A stretch of 64,000 nucleotides of DNA from an uncultured Actinomycetota bacterium (GTDB taxonomy: Bacteria > Actinomycetota > Actinomycetes > Actinomycetales > Microbacteriaceae). The stretch's first letter is position 1. Every line of letters begins with the position of its first letter. A program made the translations under genes and the position numbers. The notes under the pieces are model-generated. The model searched no databases, had not been told where the DNA came from, and saw nothing but the letters and a program-made list of their open reading frames with translations. Below, one piece after another: positions 40,174-48,422 of this stretch. The DNA lies in assembly GCA_963750955.1 (NCBI GenBank), contig CAVVSI010000006.1:8548-72547 (forward strand), given 5' to 3'.

Positions 40174-40815
40174 CTACTCCGCGGGCGTGTTCGCGTCCGT
40201 CGGCGTATCGACCGGCGTTCGACGGCGACGCAGGAACAGGATCACCCCGGCGATGACCGCCGCGATGAGGCCTGCGATCAGCCACGGCACCCAGCCCGCC
40301 GGCTCCGCATCATCGTCGTCCGTGGCATCCGGGCTGGGAGTCGCGGTGGGTGTGGGAGTCGGCGTGGGTGTCGGAGTCGCGGTCTCCGTCGGCTCGACGG
40401 TCGGTGAACTCGGCTCGGCTGACGGCTCGGCGGGGGGCGCGGCAGTCGCCTCCGCGGTGGGCTCGGGCGTCGCCTCTGCGGTGGGCTCCGGCGTCGGCTC
40501 TGCGGTGGGCTCAGGCGTGGGTTCTGCGGTCGGCGCGGGTGTCGGTCGCGCGGGCAGAGTCCGCGTCGGCTCCGGTGTGGGCTCGGGAGTCGGGGTCGGG
40601 GTGGGCCGCGAAGGCAGAGTCCGGGTGGGAGTCGGAGTGGGCAGCGCCGTGGGCGCTTCAGTGGGCAGCGTGATGGGGGGCAAGGTCGTCGGGAAACCGG
40701 GAGGTACCGTGATCGTGCCGTCGCACCCCGACAGCAGCAGCGCCGACCCGGCGACGGTCAGAATGACGGCGAGACGGAGGAGTCCGCGACGAGGGCGGGC
40801 CGAGCTGGGCATCAT
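40174..40815 (-). CDS. Pro/Thr/Glu-rich repeat lipoprotein with a C-terminal TM anchor
   Basis: Lipobox LLLSGC. About 140 aa of (T/A)(A)EPTPEP-type repeats. Asp-rich segment, then the helix WLIAGLIAAVIAGVILFL followed by RRRR. Confidence 0.6.
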   Translation of the reverse strand: MMPSSARPRRGLLRLAVILTVAGSALLLSGCDGTITVPPGFPTTLPPITLPTEAPTALPTPTPTRTLPSRPTPTPTPEPTPEPTRTLPARPTPAPTAEPTPEPTAEPTPEPTAEATPEPTAEATAAPPAEPSAEPSSPTVEPTETATPTPTPTPTPTATPSPDATDDDDAEPAGWVPWLIAGLIAAVIAGVILFLRRRRTPVDTPTDANTPAE

Positions 40816-40916
40816 GCGGCCTCTCTATCGTGCGCAGACGAGGGACGCACGGCTGAAGTCAGGATGCCGCACGAGAGCGCGGCTGTCGAGTTTCCGCTCT
40901 CTCGCGCCCGACCCGA

Positions 40917-42102
40917 TCAGGCCTCCGGGAAGGGCCACCCCGTGTACGCCTCGGCGAGGTAGGTGCGGCCGGCCTCCGACTCCACGACGGAGCGCAGCTC
41001 GCCGAGCTGGCGCAGGCGGTCGAAATCCGAGGCATCCGGGGCGACGTGCAGCATGCTCGTCATCCACCAGGAGAAGTGCTGGGCCTTCCAGATGCGCTTC
41101 AGGGCGGCATCCGCGAACCCGTCGATGAGCCGCTCGTCGTTCTCGAGCAGGAGCGCCTGCAGGGCGCGATTCAGCAGCAGCACGTCGGCGACGGCGAGGT
41201 TCATGCCCTTCGCACCGGTGGGGGGAACGGTGTGCGCGGCATCCCCGACGATCGCCAGCCGCCCCTTGCGCAGCTCATGCGCGACGAAGCTGCGGAAGCG
41301 CAGCACGTCGCGCTGGAAGATCGGGCCCTCGACGAGGGTGGTGCCGGGCACGCGTGCCTGCAGCATCTGCCAGATCTCGGCCTCGCTCAGCGCGTTCGGG
41401 TCGGCTTCGGGATCGCACTGGAAGTACATGCGCTGCACCGTGGGGCTGCGCTGGCTGATCAGGGCGAAGCCGTCGGGCGAGTTGCTGTAGATGAGCTCGT
41501 GCGCGCTCGGGCGGAGCCTCGGTCAGGATGCCGAACCACGCGAACGGGTACTCGCGGAAGTATCCGCCCGTCGACGAGCCGGTGACCGCCGCGCGGACGA
41601 CGCTGCGCGATCCGTCGGCGCCGACCACGAAGTCTGCCTCGATGACGAGCCGCTCACCGGTCTCGTCGACCGCGACGACGCGGGGGCGCTAGGACTCGGC
41701 GTCCTCGACGCCTTCGACCGTGATGCCGAAGCGGAGGTCCTGCCCGCCGGCCAGGCGTGCGGCGATGAGGTCCTTGAGCGCCTCGTGCTGGGGGTACAGC
41801 CAGACGCTCCGGCCGACGAGACCCGGGAAGTCGATGCGGTGACCGTGGCCGGCGAAGCGCAGCTCGATGCCGTCGTGCCGCGAGCCGACCGTGCGGGCGC
41901 GGCTGAAATCGCCCAGGGTATCGAGGAGCTCGACCGTGCCCTGCTCGAGGATGCCGGCGCGGATCGTGCTCTCGATCTCTGCGCGCGTGCGGGAGTCGAC
42001 CACGACGGAGTCGATGCCGGACTGGGCGAGCAGGTGCGAGAGCAGCAGGCCGGCGGGTCCGGCGCCGACGATCGCTACCCGAGTGCGGATGGTGGTGGTC
42101 AT
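40917..42102 (-). pseudogene. pobA: 4-hydroxybenzoate 3-monooxygenase, in-frame TAG plus a 1-nt frame shift
   Basis: N-terminus VAIVGAGPAGLLLSHLL (FAD fold). TAG at 41689-41691 sits where the P. fluorescens PobA alignment I recall has Glu. The same frame continues ...FVVGADGSRS...FGILTEAPP, then shifts near 41508-41511 into ...SAHELIYSNSPDGFALISQRSPTVQRMYFQ...GDAAHTVPPTGAKGMNLA.... Confidence 0.85.
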
Positions 42103-42175
42103 GGCGTCTCCTTCGACGGTGCGTGCGGGTGCCTCGGCCCAGTGTGCGGCGAGCGGGGTCCGGTCTGCGAGATGG

Positions 42176-42192
42176 TTCCCGTTGAACGGGAA
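42176..42192. promoter_or_regulatory. perfect 17-bp palindrome TTCCCGTT-G-AACGGGAA upstream of pobA
   Basis: Lies 74 bp upstream of start codon 42102, between the iclR stop and pobA. Confidence 0.55.
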
Positions 42193-42320
42193 ATTGCTCT
42201 CAGGTGATCGGAGGCGTTTTCGCCGAGTGCACGGGTTGCGTCCGAGCGCACGGCTTCACCCCGCCGAGAGGCCGTGCACTCGATGTGAAGCCGTGCACTC
42301 GCGCCGAAGTGGGTACCGGG

Positions 42321-43073
42321 TCAGCCCCGGAAGCCCAGGGCCCGTTCGATCTCGCGCTTGCCGGTGTGGAGCTCGACGAGTGCCGGTTCGACCGGGTCGT
42401 CGCGGCGCAGCACGACCGACAGGGCTGCGGCGACCGTGCCGGTCTCGTCGCGCACCGGCACGGCGACGCCGGTCGAGACCGACTCGATGAAGCCGCGGGC
42501 GACGGCGTGGCCCAGTGCCCGCACCTCGGCGAGCTTGCGGCGGAGGGCCGCCGGCTCGGTGATCGTCTCGCGCGTGAGCGGCGGCAGGGGGCCGGTGAGG
42601 ATGCGCTCCTGCAGGTCGCGCTCGCCGAATGCGAGCAGCACGAGACCCGACGACGAGGCGTGCAGGGGCAGGCGTCCGGCGATCCGCGTGACGTTCGATC
42701 CCGATTCGGGGCCGCTCAGCCGCTCGAGGAACAGCGCCTCGTCCTGCTCGAGGATCGCGAGCTGGGTGTGCTCGCGCACGCGTGCCTGCACCCGCTCCAT
42801 CGCGGGCATGGCGGCCTGCCTCAGGCGCAGCGCCTGGGACGAGCGCGTCGCGAGCTCCCACAGCCGCATCCCGATGCGGATGCGGCGATCGTCGTCGCGC
42901 TCGAGCAGCCCCGACTCGACCAGTTCTCCGACGATCCGGTGCGCGCTGGAGCCGGGAAGGCGCGCGCGGCGACCGATCTCGGCCGCGGTCTGCACGGTGC
43001 GGGTGGGCGTGAAGGTCTCGAGCACCCGGACGAGGCGGTCGGTGACGGAATCGCCGGAGGAAGAATTGGCCAT
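42321..43073 (-). CDS. IclR-family regulator (PobR/PcaR-like by position)
   Basis: MANSSSGDSVTDRLVRVLETF...AAEIGRRARLPGSSAHRIVGELVESGLL. Divergent from pcaH and upstream of pobA. Confidence 0.85.
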   Translation of the reverse strand: MANSSSGDSVTDRLVRVLETFTPTRTVQTAAEIGRRARLPGSSAHRIVGELVESGLLERDDDRRIRIGMRLWELATRSSQALRLRQAAMPAMERVQARVREHTQLAILEQDEALFLERLSGPESGSNVTRIAGRLPLHASSSGLVLLAFGERDLQERILTGPLPPLTRETITEPAALRRKLAEVRALGHAVARGFIESVSTGVAVPVRDETGTVAAALSVVLRRDDPVEPALVELHTGKREIERALGFRG

Positions 43074-43092
43074 GCGCACAGCGTGACACGAC

Positions 43093-43107
43093 TCCCATTG
43101 GATGGGA
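43093..43107. promoter_or_regulatory. near-palindrome TCCCAT-TGG-ATGGGA in the iclR/pcaH divergent region
   Basis: 6-bp arms. On the complementary strand it reads TTCCCATCCAATGGGAG, matching the 42176 palindrome at 12 of 17 positions. Confidence 0.4.
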
Positions 43108-43176
43108 ATCCCCTGCGCATGAGTCCGCGGACGGAGGAACATTGAGGAGCCCACCGATCGGGTCAAAGGAGACACC

Positions 43177-44046
43177 ATGACCACCGTCGAATCAGACCGC
43201 ACCGACGACGAGGCGTTCTCGTCCTCCGTCGTCCTGGAGCAGACCGCGGCGGCCCCCGAAACGCTGCTCGCCTCACCCGACCAGCTGTCGCAGGCCGAGA
43301 TCACCCAGGAGATCATCGACTACCACGCCGCCGCCGACGAGCGTGAGGCGGCAGGCGAACGCGTGGGGATGACCCTCCACGACTACCCGCCGTACCGCTC
43401 CAGCATCCTTCGCCATCCCACGAAGAATCCGAAGCTGGTCGACCCCGAGACGATCGAGCTCTGGTCGCCGGCCTTCGGGCAGCGCGACGTCGCCCTGATC
43501 GAGTCGGACCTCACCCTGCAGCACACCGGTGAGCCGCAGGGGGAGCGGATCACCGTGGAGGGTCGCCTGCTCGACTCGTGGGGCCGCCCGCTCGCGAACC
43601 AGCTGATCGAGCTCTGGCAGGCCAATGCGGCAGGCCGGTACATCCACCAGCGCGACCAGCACCCCGCGCCTCTCGATCCGAACTTCACCGGCGCCGGGCG
43701 CATCGTCACGAACGACAACGGGGAGTACAAGTTCACGACGATCAAGCCGGGCGCCTACCCGTGGAAGAACCACGTGAACGCCTGGAGGCCCGCGCACATC
43801 CACTTCTCGGTGTTCGGCACGAGCTTCACGCAGCGGATCGTCACCCAGATGTACTTCCCGGGCGACCCGCTGTTCCCGCTCGATCCGATCTACAACACCA
43901 TCCGCCGCCAGGCCGACCGCGACCGGCTCATCGGCCAGTACGACCACGACCTCACGGTTCCCGAGTTCTCGATGGGCTATCGCTGGGACATCGTGGTCGA
44001 CGGCCCCGATGCCACCTGGTTCGAGCCCGAAGGAGGAGACCACTGA
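43177..44046 (+). CDS. pcaH: protocatechuate 3,4-dioxygenase beta subunit
   Basis: ...LWQANAAGRYIHQRD...WRPAHIHFSVFG.... 289 aa. Confidence 0.9.
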   Translation: MTTVESDRTDDEAFSSSVVLEQTAAAPETLLASPDQLSQAEITQEIIDYHAAADEREAAGERVGMTLHDYPPYRSSILRHPTKNPKLVDPETIELWSPAFGQRDVALIESDLTLQHTGEPQGERITVEGRLLDSWGRPLANQLIELWQANAAGRYIHQRDQHPAPLDPNFTGAGRIVTNDNGEYKFTTIKPGAYPWKNHVNAWRPAHIHFSVFGTSFTQRIVTQMYFPGDPLFPLDPIYNTIRRQADRDRLIGQYDHDLTVPEFSMGYRWDIVVDGPDATWFEPEGGDH

Positions 44047-44627
44047 TGCCCGACGACAAGCTCGATGAGCGCGTGCCCGCCAAGACCCACCTGGCCAGCC
44101 CCGGACAGACCGTCGGTCCGTTCTTCGCATTCGGCCTGAACTACCCCAAGAAGCACGAGGTCGTCTTCCCGCACAGCCCCGGCGCGATCGTGCTCGGCGG
44201 CACCGTCTTCGACGGCGCCGGCGCGCCCATCCCCGACGCGGTGGTCGAGATCTTCGGCGCCGACTCGGACGGCACGGTGCCGCGTGCGCGCGGCGCGTTC
44301 CGTCGCGACGACCACAGCTTCACCGGCTTCGGTCGCGCCGCCACGACGGACGACGGGCGCTACGAGTTCTGGACCCGCAATCCCGGGTCGGTCGGCGGCG
44401 AGGCCCCGTTCTTCGCCGCGATCGTCTTCGCCCGGGGCCTGCCCGACAAGCTGCACACGCGCATCTACCTGCCGGAGAGCACCGATCTGCTCGACGCCGA
44501 CCCGCTGCTCTCCTCGCTCACGCCCGAGGAGCGCGATAGCCTCATCGCAACGCGCACGCCCGACGGCGGACTCCACTTCGACATCCGACTGCAGGGCGAG
44601 AAGGAGACCGTGTTCCTTGTCTACTGA
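44046..44627 (+). CDS. pcaG: protocatechuate 3,4-dioxygenase alpha subunit
   Basis: ATG 44046 overlaps the pcaH stop. ...GQTVGPFFAFGL...FFAAIVFARGL.... Confidence 0.9.
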   Translation: MPDDKLDERVPAKTHLASPGQTVGPFFAFGLNYPKKHEVVFPHSPGAIVLGGTVFDGAGAPIPDAVVEIFGADSDGTVPRARGAFRRDDHSFTGFGRAATTDDGRYEFWTRNPGSVGGEAPFFAAIVFARGLPDKLHTRIYLPESTDLLDADPLLSSLTPEERDSLIATRTPDGGLHFDIRLQGEKETVFLVY

Positions 44628-45966
44628 CGGGTCCGGCATCGACGTCGGCCTGCTCTCACCGGTGACGGTCGGGTTCGACGACGCGGTGTCGGATGCCGCC
44701 TTCCTCGACGCTCTCGTCACGGTCGAGGTCGCGCTCGTCCGGGCGCGAGGAGCCCTCGGGCTCGGCCCGTCCGACGTCGTCGGCCGCGTCTCGGACTCGT
44801 TCGGCTGGACCGGCGCCGGAGCGCCGTGCCGCGGGCACGCGATCGACGCGTCGGCGCTGGCTGCGGCATCCGTCGCCGGAGGCAACCCGGTGATCCCGCT
44901 CGTGAAGCTGCTCACCGACGCGGTGGGCCCGCACGCCGAGATGCACCGCGGAGCGACGAGCCAGGACATCCTCGACACGGCGCTCATGTTCGTCGCCGCC
45001 CGCGCCGGCAGAAAGATCTCAGCGTCGCTCCGCGAGACCGCCTCGGGGCTGCGGGCGTTCGCGCGCGCGCACCGCGATGAGGTGGCGGCAGCCCGAACCC
45101 TCACTCAGCACGCGGTGCCGACGACCGTCGGGCTGCGGGCGGCGAACTGGTTGCACGGGATCCAGCGCGCGAACGCCCGGCTCGATGCCGCCGTGGGCGC
45201 ACTTCCCGCGCAGCTGGGCGGCGCGGGCGGAACGCTGGCGTCGTTCGTCGAGCTCTTCGGGGCGGATGCCGCGGCAGAGCTGCCTGCCGCCTTCGCGGCC
45301 GAGCTCGCGCTCGCCGCTCCGGACGCGCCGTGGCACACCACGCGCTGGCCGGTCACCGAGCTGGGCGACGCCCTCGTGCAGGCGGTCGATGCGGTCGGCG
45401 TGATCGCGGCGGACGTGGCGACCCTGGGCCGCACCGAGATCGGCGAGCTGGCCGAAGGCGTCGGCGGCGGATCGTCGGCGATGCCGCAGAAGCAGAACCC
45501 CGCGGCATCCGTGCTGATCCGTTCGGCCGCGCTGCGCGCACCGCAGCTCGGTGCCACGTTGCACCTCGCCTCGGCGCTCGCCGTGGACGAGCGCCCCGAC
45601 GGCGCATGGCACGCGGAGTGGCCGACGCTGCGGGAGCTGCTGCGACTCGCCCTCGGTTCGACCGGCACCGCCGCGCGGCTGGTCGCGGGGCTGAAGGTCG
45701 ACGCCGGTGCGGTCGCGCACAACCTCGCTCGCACGCACGGACTCATCGTCGCCGAGCGCCTCTCGCTCGTGCTGACGCCGCTGCTCGGAAAGGCCCGCGT
45801 CGCAGAGATCGTGGCGTCGGCGAGCACGGGGCAGGATCTCGCGTCGCGGTTGCGCGCCGAACCCGAGCTGGCACATGTCGACGTGGACGCGCTCCTGGAC
45901 CCGACGGACTACACCGGCTTGGCGGCGCGGCTCGTTGATCGGGCGACCTCGGGGGAGCCCGGATGA
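44617..45966 (+). CDS. pcaB: 3-carboxy-cis,cis-muconate cycloisomerase
   Basis: Fumarate-lyase signature GSSAMPQKQNP. TTG 44617 after AAGGAG is the only plausible in-frame start. Confidence 0.85.
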   Translation: MSTDGSGIDVGLLSPVTVGFDDAVSDAAFLDALVTVEVALVRARGALGLGPSDVVGRVSDSFGWTGAGAPCRGHAIDASALAAASVAGGNPVIPLVKLLTDAVGPHAEMHRGATSQDILDTALMFVAARAGRKISASLRETASGLRAFARAHRDEVAAARTLTQHAVPTTVGLRAANWLHGIQRANARLDAAVGALPAQLGGAGGTLASFVELFGADAAAELPAAFAAELALAAPDAPWHTTRWPVTELGDALVQAVDAVGVIAADVATLGRTEIGELAEGVGGGSSAMPQKQNPAASVLIRSAALRAPQLGATLHLASALAVDERPDGAWHAEWPTLRELLRLALGSTGTAARLVAGLKVDAGAVAHNLARTHGLIVAERLSLVLTPLLGKARVAEIVASASTGQDLASRLRAEPELAHVDVDALLDPTDYTGLAARLVDRATSGEPG

Positions 45967-46751
45967 GCGCGCCCCGCATCGCGATCACCGAGCCCGTCGG
46001 TCCGGAGGGTGCCCCGCTGCTCGTGCTCGGCCCGTCGCTCGGAACCTCGACGATCCTGTGGGACAACGCGATCCCGATCCTCGCCGAGCACTACCGCGTC
46101 GTCGCGTGGGATCTGCCGGGTCACGGCGCCTCGCCCAGCGCGGCCGAGCCGTTCACGGTCGCCGACCTCGCCGACGCCGTCGCGGAGGCCGTCCGGGGGC
46201 TGGGCGCCGACCACATCCTCTATGCCGGCGTGTCGCTCGGCGGTGCAACCGGGCTCGAGCTCGGGCTGCGGCATCCGGACCTGGTCGACGCCCTCGCGAT
46301 CCTCGCATCGGGGGCGCAGCTCGGCGACCCGGCAGCGTGGCACGAGCGCGCCGCCACGGTGCGCGCGCAGTCGACGTCGGCGCTCATCATCCCGTCCGCG
46401 CAGCGCTGGTTCGCGCCGGGTTCGGTCGAACGCGAGCCCGAGCTGTCGGGCCGCCTGCTGCACGCACTCCGCGACGCCGACGGCGAGAGCTACTCGCGGT
46501 GCTGCGAGGCGCTCGCGGCCTACGACGTGCGCAGTCGGCTCGGCGAGCTGCGGATGCCGGTGGTCGCCCTGTGGGGCGAGCACGACGCGGTGGCACCCGA
46601 GGCGAAGGCCGCGGAGATCGCCGCCGGAGTGGTGGACGGACGCGCGGAGATGATCGCCGGCGTCGCGCACCTGCCCCCGGCCGAGCGCCCGGCGGCGACC
46701 GCCGCGGCCCTGCTCGCCTTCTTCGATGGGGTCGACGGTGTTCGACGGTGA
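45963..46751 (+). CDS. pcaD: 3-oxoadipate enol-lactonase
   Basis: Alpha/beta hydrolase with GVSLGG nucleophile elbow. Start overlaps the pcaB stop. Confidence 0.85.
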   Translation: MSAPRIAITEPVGPEGAPLLVLGPSLGTSTILWDNAIPILAEHYRVVAWDLPGHGASPSAAEPFTVADLADAVAEAVRGLGADHILYAGVSLGGATGLELGLRHPDLVDALAILASGAQLGDPAAWHERAATVRAQSTSALIIPSAQRWFAPGSVEREPELSGRLLHALRDADGESYSRCCEALAAYDVRSRLGELRMPVVALWGEHDAVAPEAKAAEIAAGVVDGRAEMIAGVAHLPPAERPAATAAALLAFFDGVDGVRR

Positions 46752-46770
46752 GTGGTTCGACGGTGAGTGA
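46741..46770 (+). repeat. 15-bp tandem duplication at the pcaD/pcaC junction
   Basis: TTCGACGGTGAGTGG / TTCGACGGTGAGTGA. Each unit carries an in-frame TGA. Confidence 0.8.
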
Positions 46771-46781
46771 GGAGCACGTGC

Positions 46782-47192
46782 ATGGCTGAATCCCCCCCGC
46801 GCCCGGAGGGCGACGGCCTGAGCGACGGCGAGCGGTACGCGCAGGGCATGAGGACCCGCCGCGAAGTGCTCACCGACGCGCACGTCGACCGGGCGATCGC
46901 GAACACGACGGAGGTGACCGCGGACTTCCAGGACCTCATCACCCGATATGCGTGGGGCGACATCTGGTCGCGGCCCGGCCTGGACCGTCGGTCGCGGTCG
47001 GTCGCGGTGCTGAGCTCGCTCATCGCGCACGGCCACCACGAGGAGCTCGCGATGCACGTGCGCGCGGCGCTGCGCAACGGGCTCACCGTCGACGAGATCC
47101 GCGAGGTGATCCTGCAGTCGGCGATCTACTCGGGCGTGCCGGCGGCGAACTCGGCGTTCCGGATCGCGAACGAGGTGCTGAGCGAGTCGTGA
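46782..47192 (+). CDS. pcaC: 4-carboxymuconolactone decarboxylase
   Basis: ATG 46782 after GAGGAG. ...YAWGDIWSRPGLDRRSRS...HGHHEEL... (CMD family). Confidence 0.85.
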   Translation: MAESPPRPEGDGLSDGERYAQGMRTRREVLTDAHVDRAIANTTEVTADFQDLITRYAWGDIWSRPGLDRRSRSVAVLSSLIAHGHHEELAMHVRAALRNGLTVDEIREVILQSAIYSGVPAANSAFRIANEVLSES

Positions 47193-47214
47193 GCTGCGAC
47201 CCTAGGCTGGCGCC

Positions 47215-48210
47215 GTGAGCAGCACCCCCGCATCCGCCCTCGATGACCGCGTGACGCTGCGGTTCCTCGCCACGCCTGCCGACACGGCGGCGGGCGGGCG
47301 CTCCGTCGCCGCCGGCAGCGTCATGGAGTGGATCGACAAGGCCGGCTACGCGTGCGCGGTGGGCTGGGCGGGCGCCTACTGCGTCACCGCGTACGTCGGC
47401 AACGTGCGGCACCGCCGGCCGATCCCACCCGGCAGCCTGATCGAGGTGCGGGCTCGCATCGTGCACACCGGCACGACGAGCATGCACGTCGTGGTCACGG
47501 TCTCATCCGCCGAGGTCAGCACCCGCGCCTACACGCCCGCGACCACGTGCGTGCTGATCTTCGTGGCGAAGGATGCCGACGGTCGCACGACGCCCGTGCC
47601 CGCGTGGACTCCGCGGACACGCTCGGATCGCAAGCTCGCCGACGCGGCCCTCGAGCGCATCGAGACCCGCGCCCGGATCAAGCACCTCATGCTCGACGAG
47701 GAATACACCGAGGCATCCGCCGCTCCGCGGACGACTCTGCGGTTCCTCGCGCCGACGGGCGTGGTGAACTTCGGAGGCAAGGCGCACGGAGGCACGGTGA
47801 TGCGGTGGATCGACGAAGCCGCGTACGCGTGTGCTGTCGGCTGGGTCGGCGCGGAGCCGCTGGCCGACCACGCGATCGGGGTGTACTCGGGCGGCATCCA
47901 CTTTCTGGCGCCGGTCCGGATCGGCGAGATCGTCGAGGTGCACGCCCGCATCGTCCTGACCGGCCCGCACAGCATGCACGTCAGCACCCGGGTCTCGACC
48001 GCCGACCCGCGCACCCCCGAGCAGCTGACGCTGACGACCCAGTGCCTCAGCGTGTTCGTGGTGCCGGACGACAGCGGTGTGGCGCTGCCGGTGCCGCAGT
48101 GGGAGCCTGTCCTCGCCGAGGACGAGCGCCTGCACCGGCACGTGCGCGAGATCGTCGCCCTGCGCGAGACCATCGTGCCGATCGCGGCATCGCTGACGCT
48201 CGAGCCGTAG
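47215..48210 (+). CDS. acyl-CoA thioesterase with tandem hotdog domains
   Basis: Two repeats of ...G(G/S)V(M)(E/R)WID(K/E)A(G/A)YACAVGW...IVHTG/IVLTGPHSMHV. Confidence 0.75.
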   Translation: MSSTPASALDDRVTLRFLATPADTAAGGRSVAAGSVMEWIDKAGYACAVGWAGAYCVTAYVGNVRHRRPIPPGSLIEVRARIVHTGTTSMHVVVTVSSAEVSTRAYTPATTCVLIFVAKDADGRTTPVPAWTPRTRSDRKLADAALERIETRARIKHLMLDEEYTEASAAPRTTLRFLAPTGVVNFGGKAHGGTVMRWIDEAAYACAVGWVGAEPLADHAIGVYSGGIHFLAPVRIGEIVEVHARIVLTGPHSMHVSTRVSTADPRTPEQLTLTTQCLSVFVVPDDSGVALPVPQWEPVLAEDERLHRHVREIVALRETIVPIAASLTLEP

Positions 48211-48228
48211 GCGTCTGCCGGTCACGCG

Positions 48229-48304
48229 GTCAAACCGCCGGGACGGATGCGCTTCTCCGGCGTGCGCAGCGCTCGGAAGGGGCGAAATCTCCCGAGTGTT
48301 TGAC
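48229..48304. repeat. 76-bp hairpin element, family 2, copy Y
   Basis: GTCAAACCGCCGGGA ... TCCCGAGTGTTTGAC. Shares GCGAAATCTCCCGA..GTTTGAC with the complement of copy X. Confidence 0.5.
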
Positions 48305-48348
48305 GGCGGATCGCCCTGACCAGCGCGCGCGGTCGCTTGCGTCTGGCG

Positions 48349-48401
48349 CGCACAGCGCCGGTTTGGTAGACTGTGCGTATGGCGAATTACTGTGCGCACA
48401 G
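48349..48401. promoter_or_regulatory. CTGTGCG / CGCACAG half-site cluster upstream of pcaI
   Basis: CGCACAG at 48349-48355, CTGTGCG at 48371-48377, and the perfect 12-bp palindrome CTGTGCGCACAG at 48390-48401, 22 bp before the start codon. Confidence 0.45.
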
Positions 48402-48422
48402 CGAACATCGGAGGCCTCAACC

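Noticed and set aside
40300-40700. Highly repetitive DNA that could be mistaken for a CRISPR array or VNTR.
   Set aside because: The repeats are degenerate, in-frame and code for the Pro/Thr/Glu-rich protein. There are no unique spacers of constant length and no cas genes.
39377-41128. 583-aa ORF spanning the E2 gene, the intergenic gap and the antisense strand of the PT-repeat gene.
   Set aside because: Only its first ~135 codons match the E2 catalytic domain. The rest is an off-frame read-through produced by the frame shift near 39785.
45963-47192. A fused pcaL (pcaD-pcaC) gene.
   Set aside because: Two in-frame TGA codons (46749 and 46764) separate the two parts, and pcaC has its own GAGGAG RBS and ATG at 46782. 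They are kept as separate genes, and the junction is reported as a finding.
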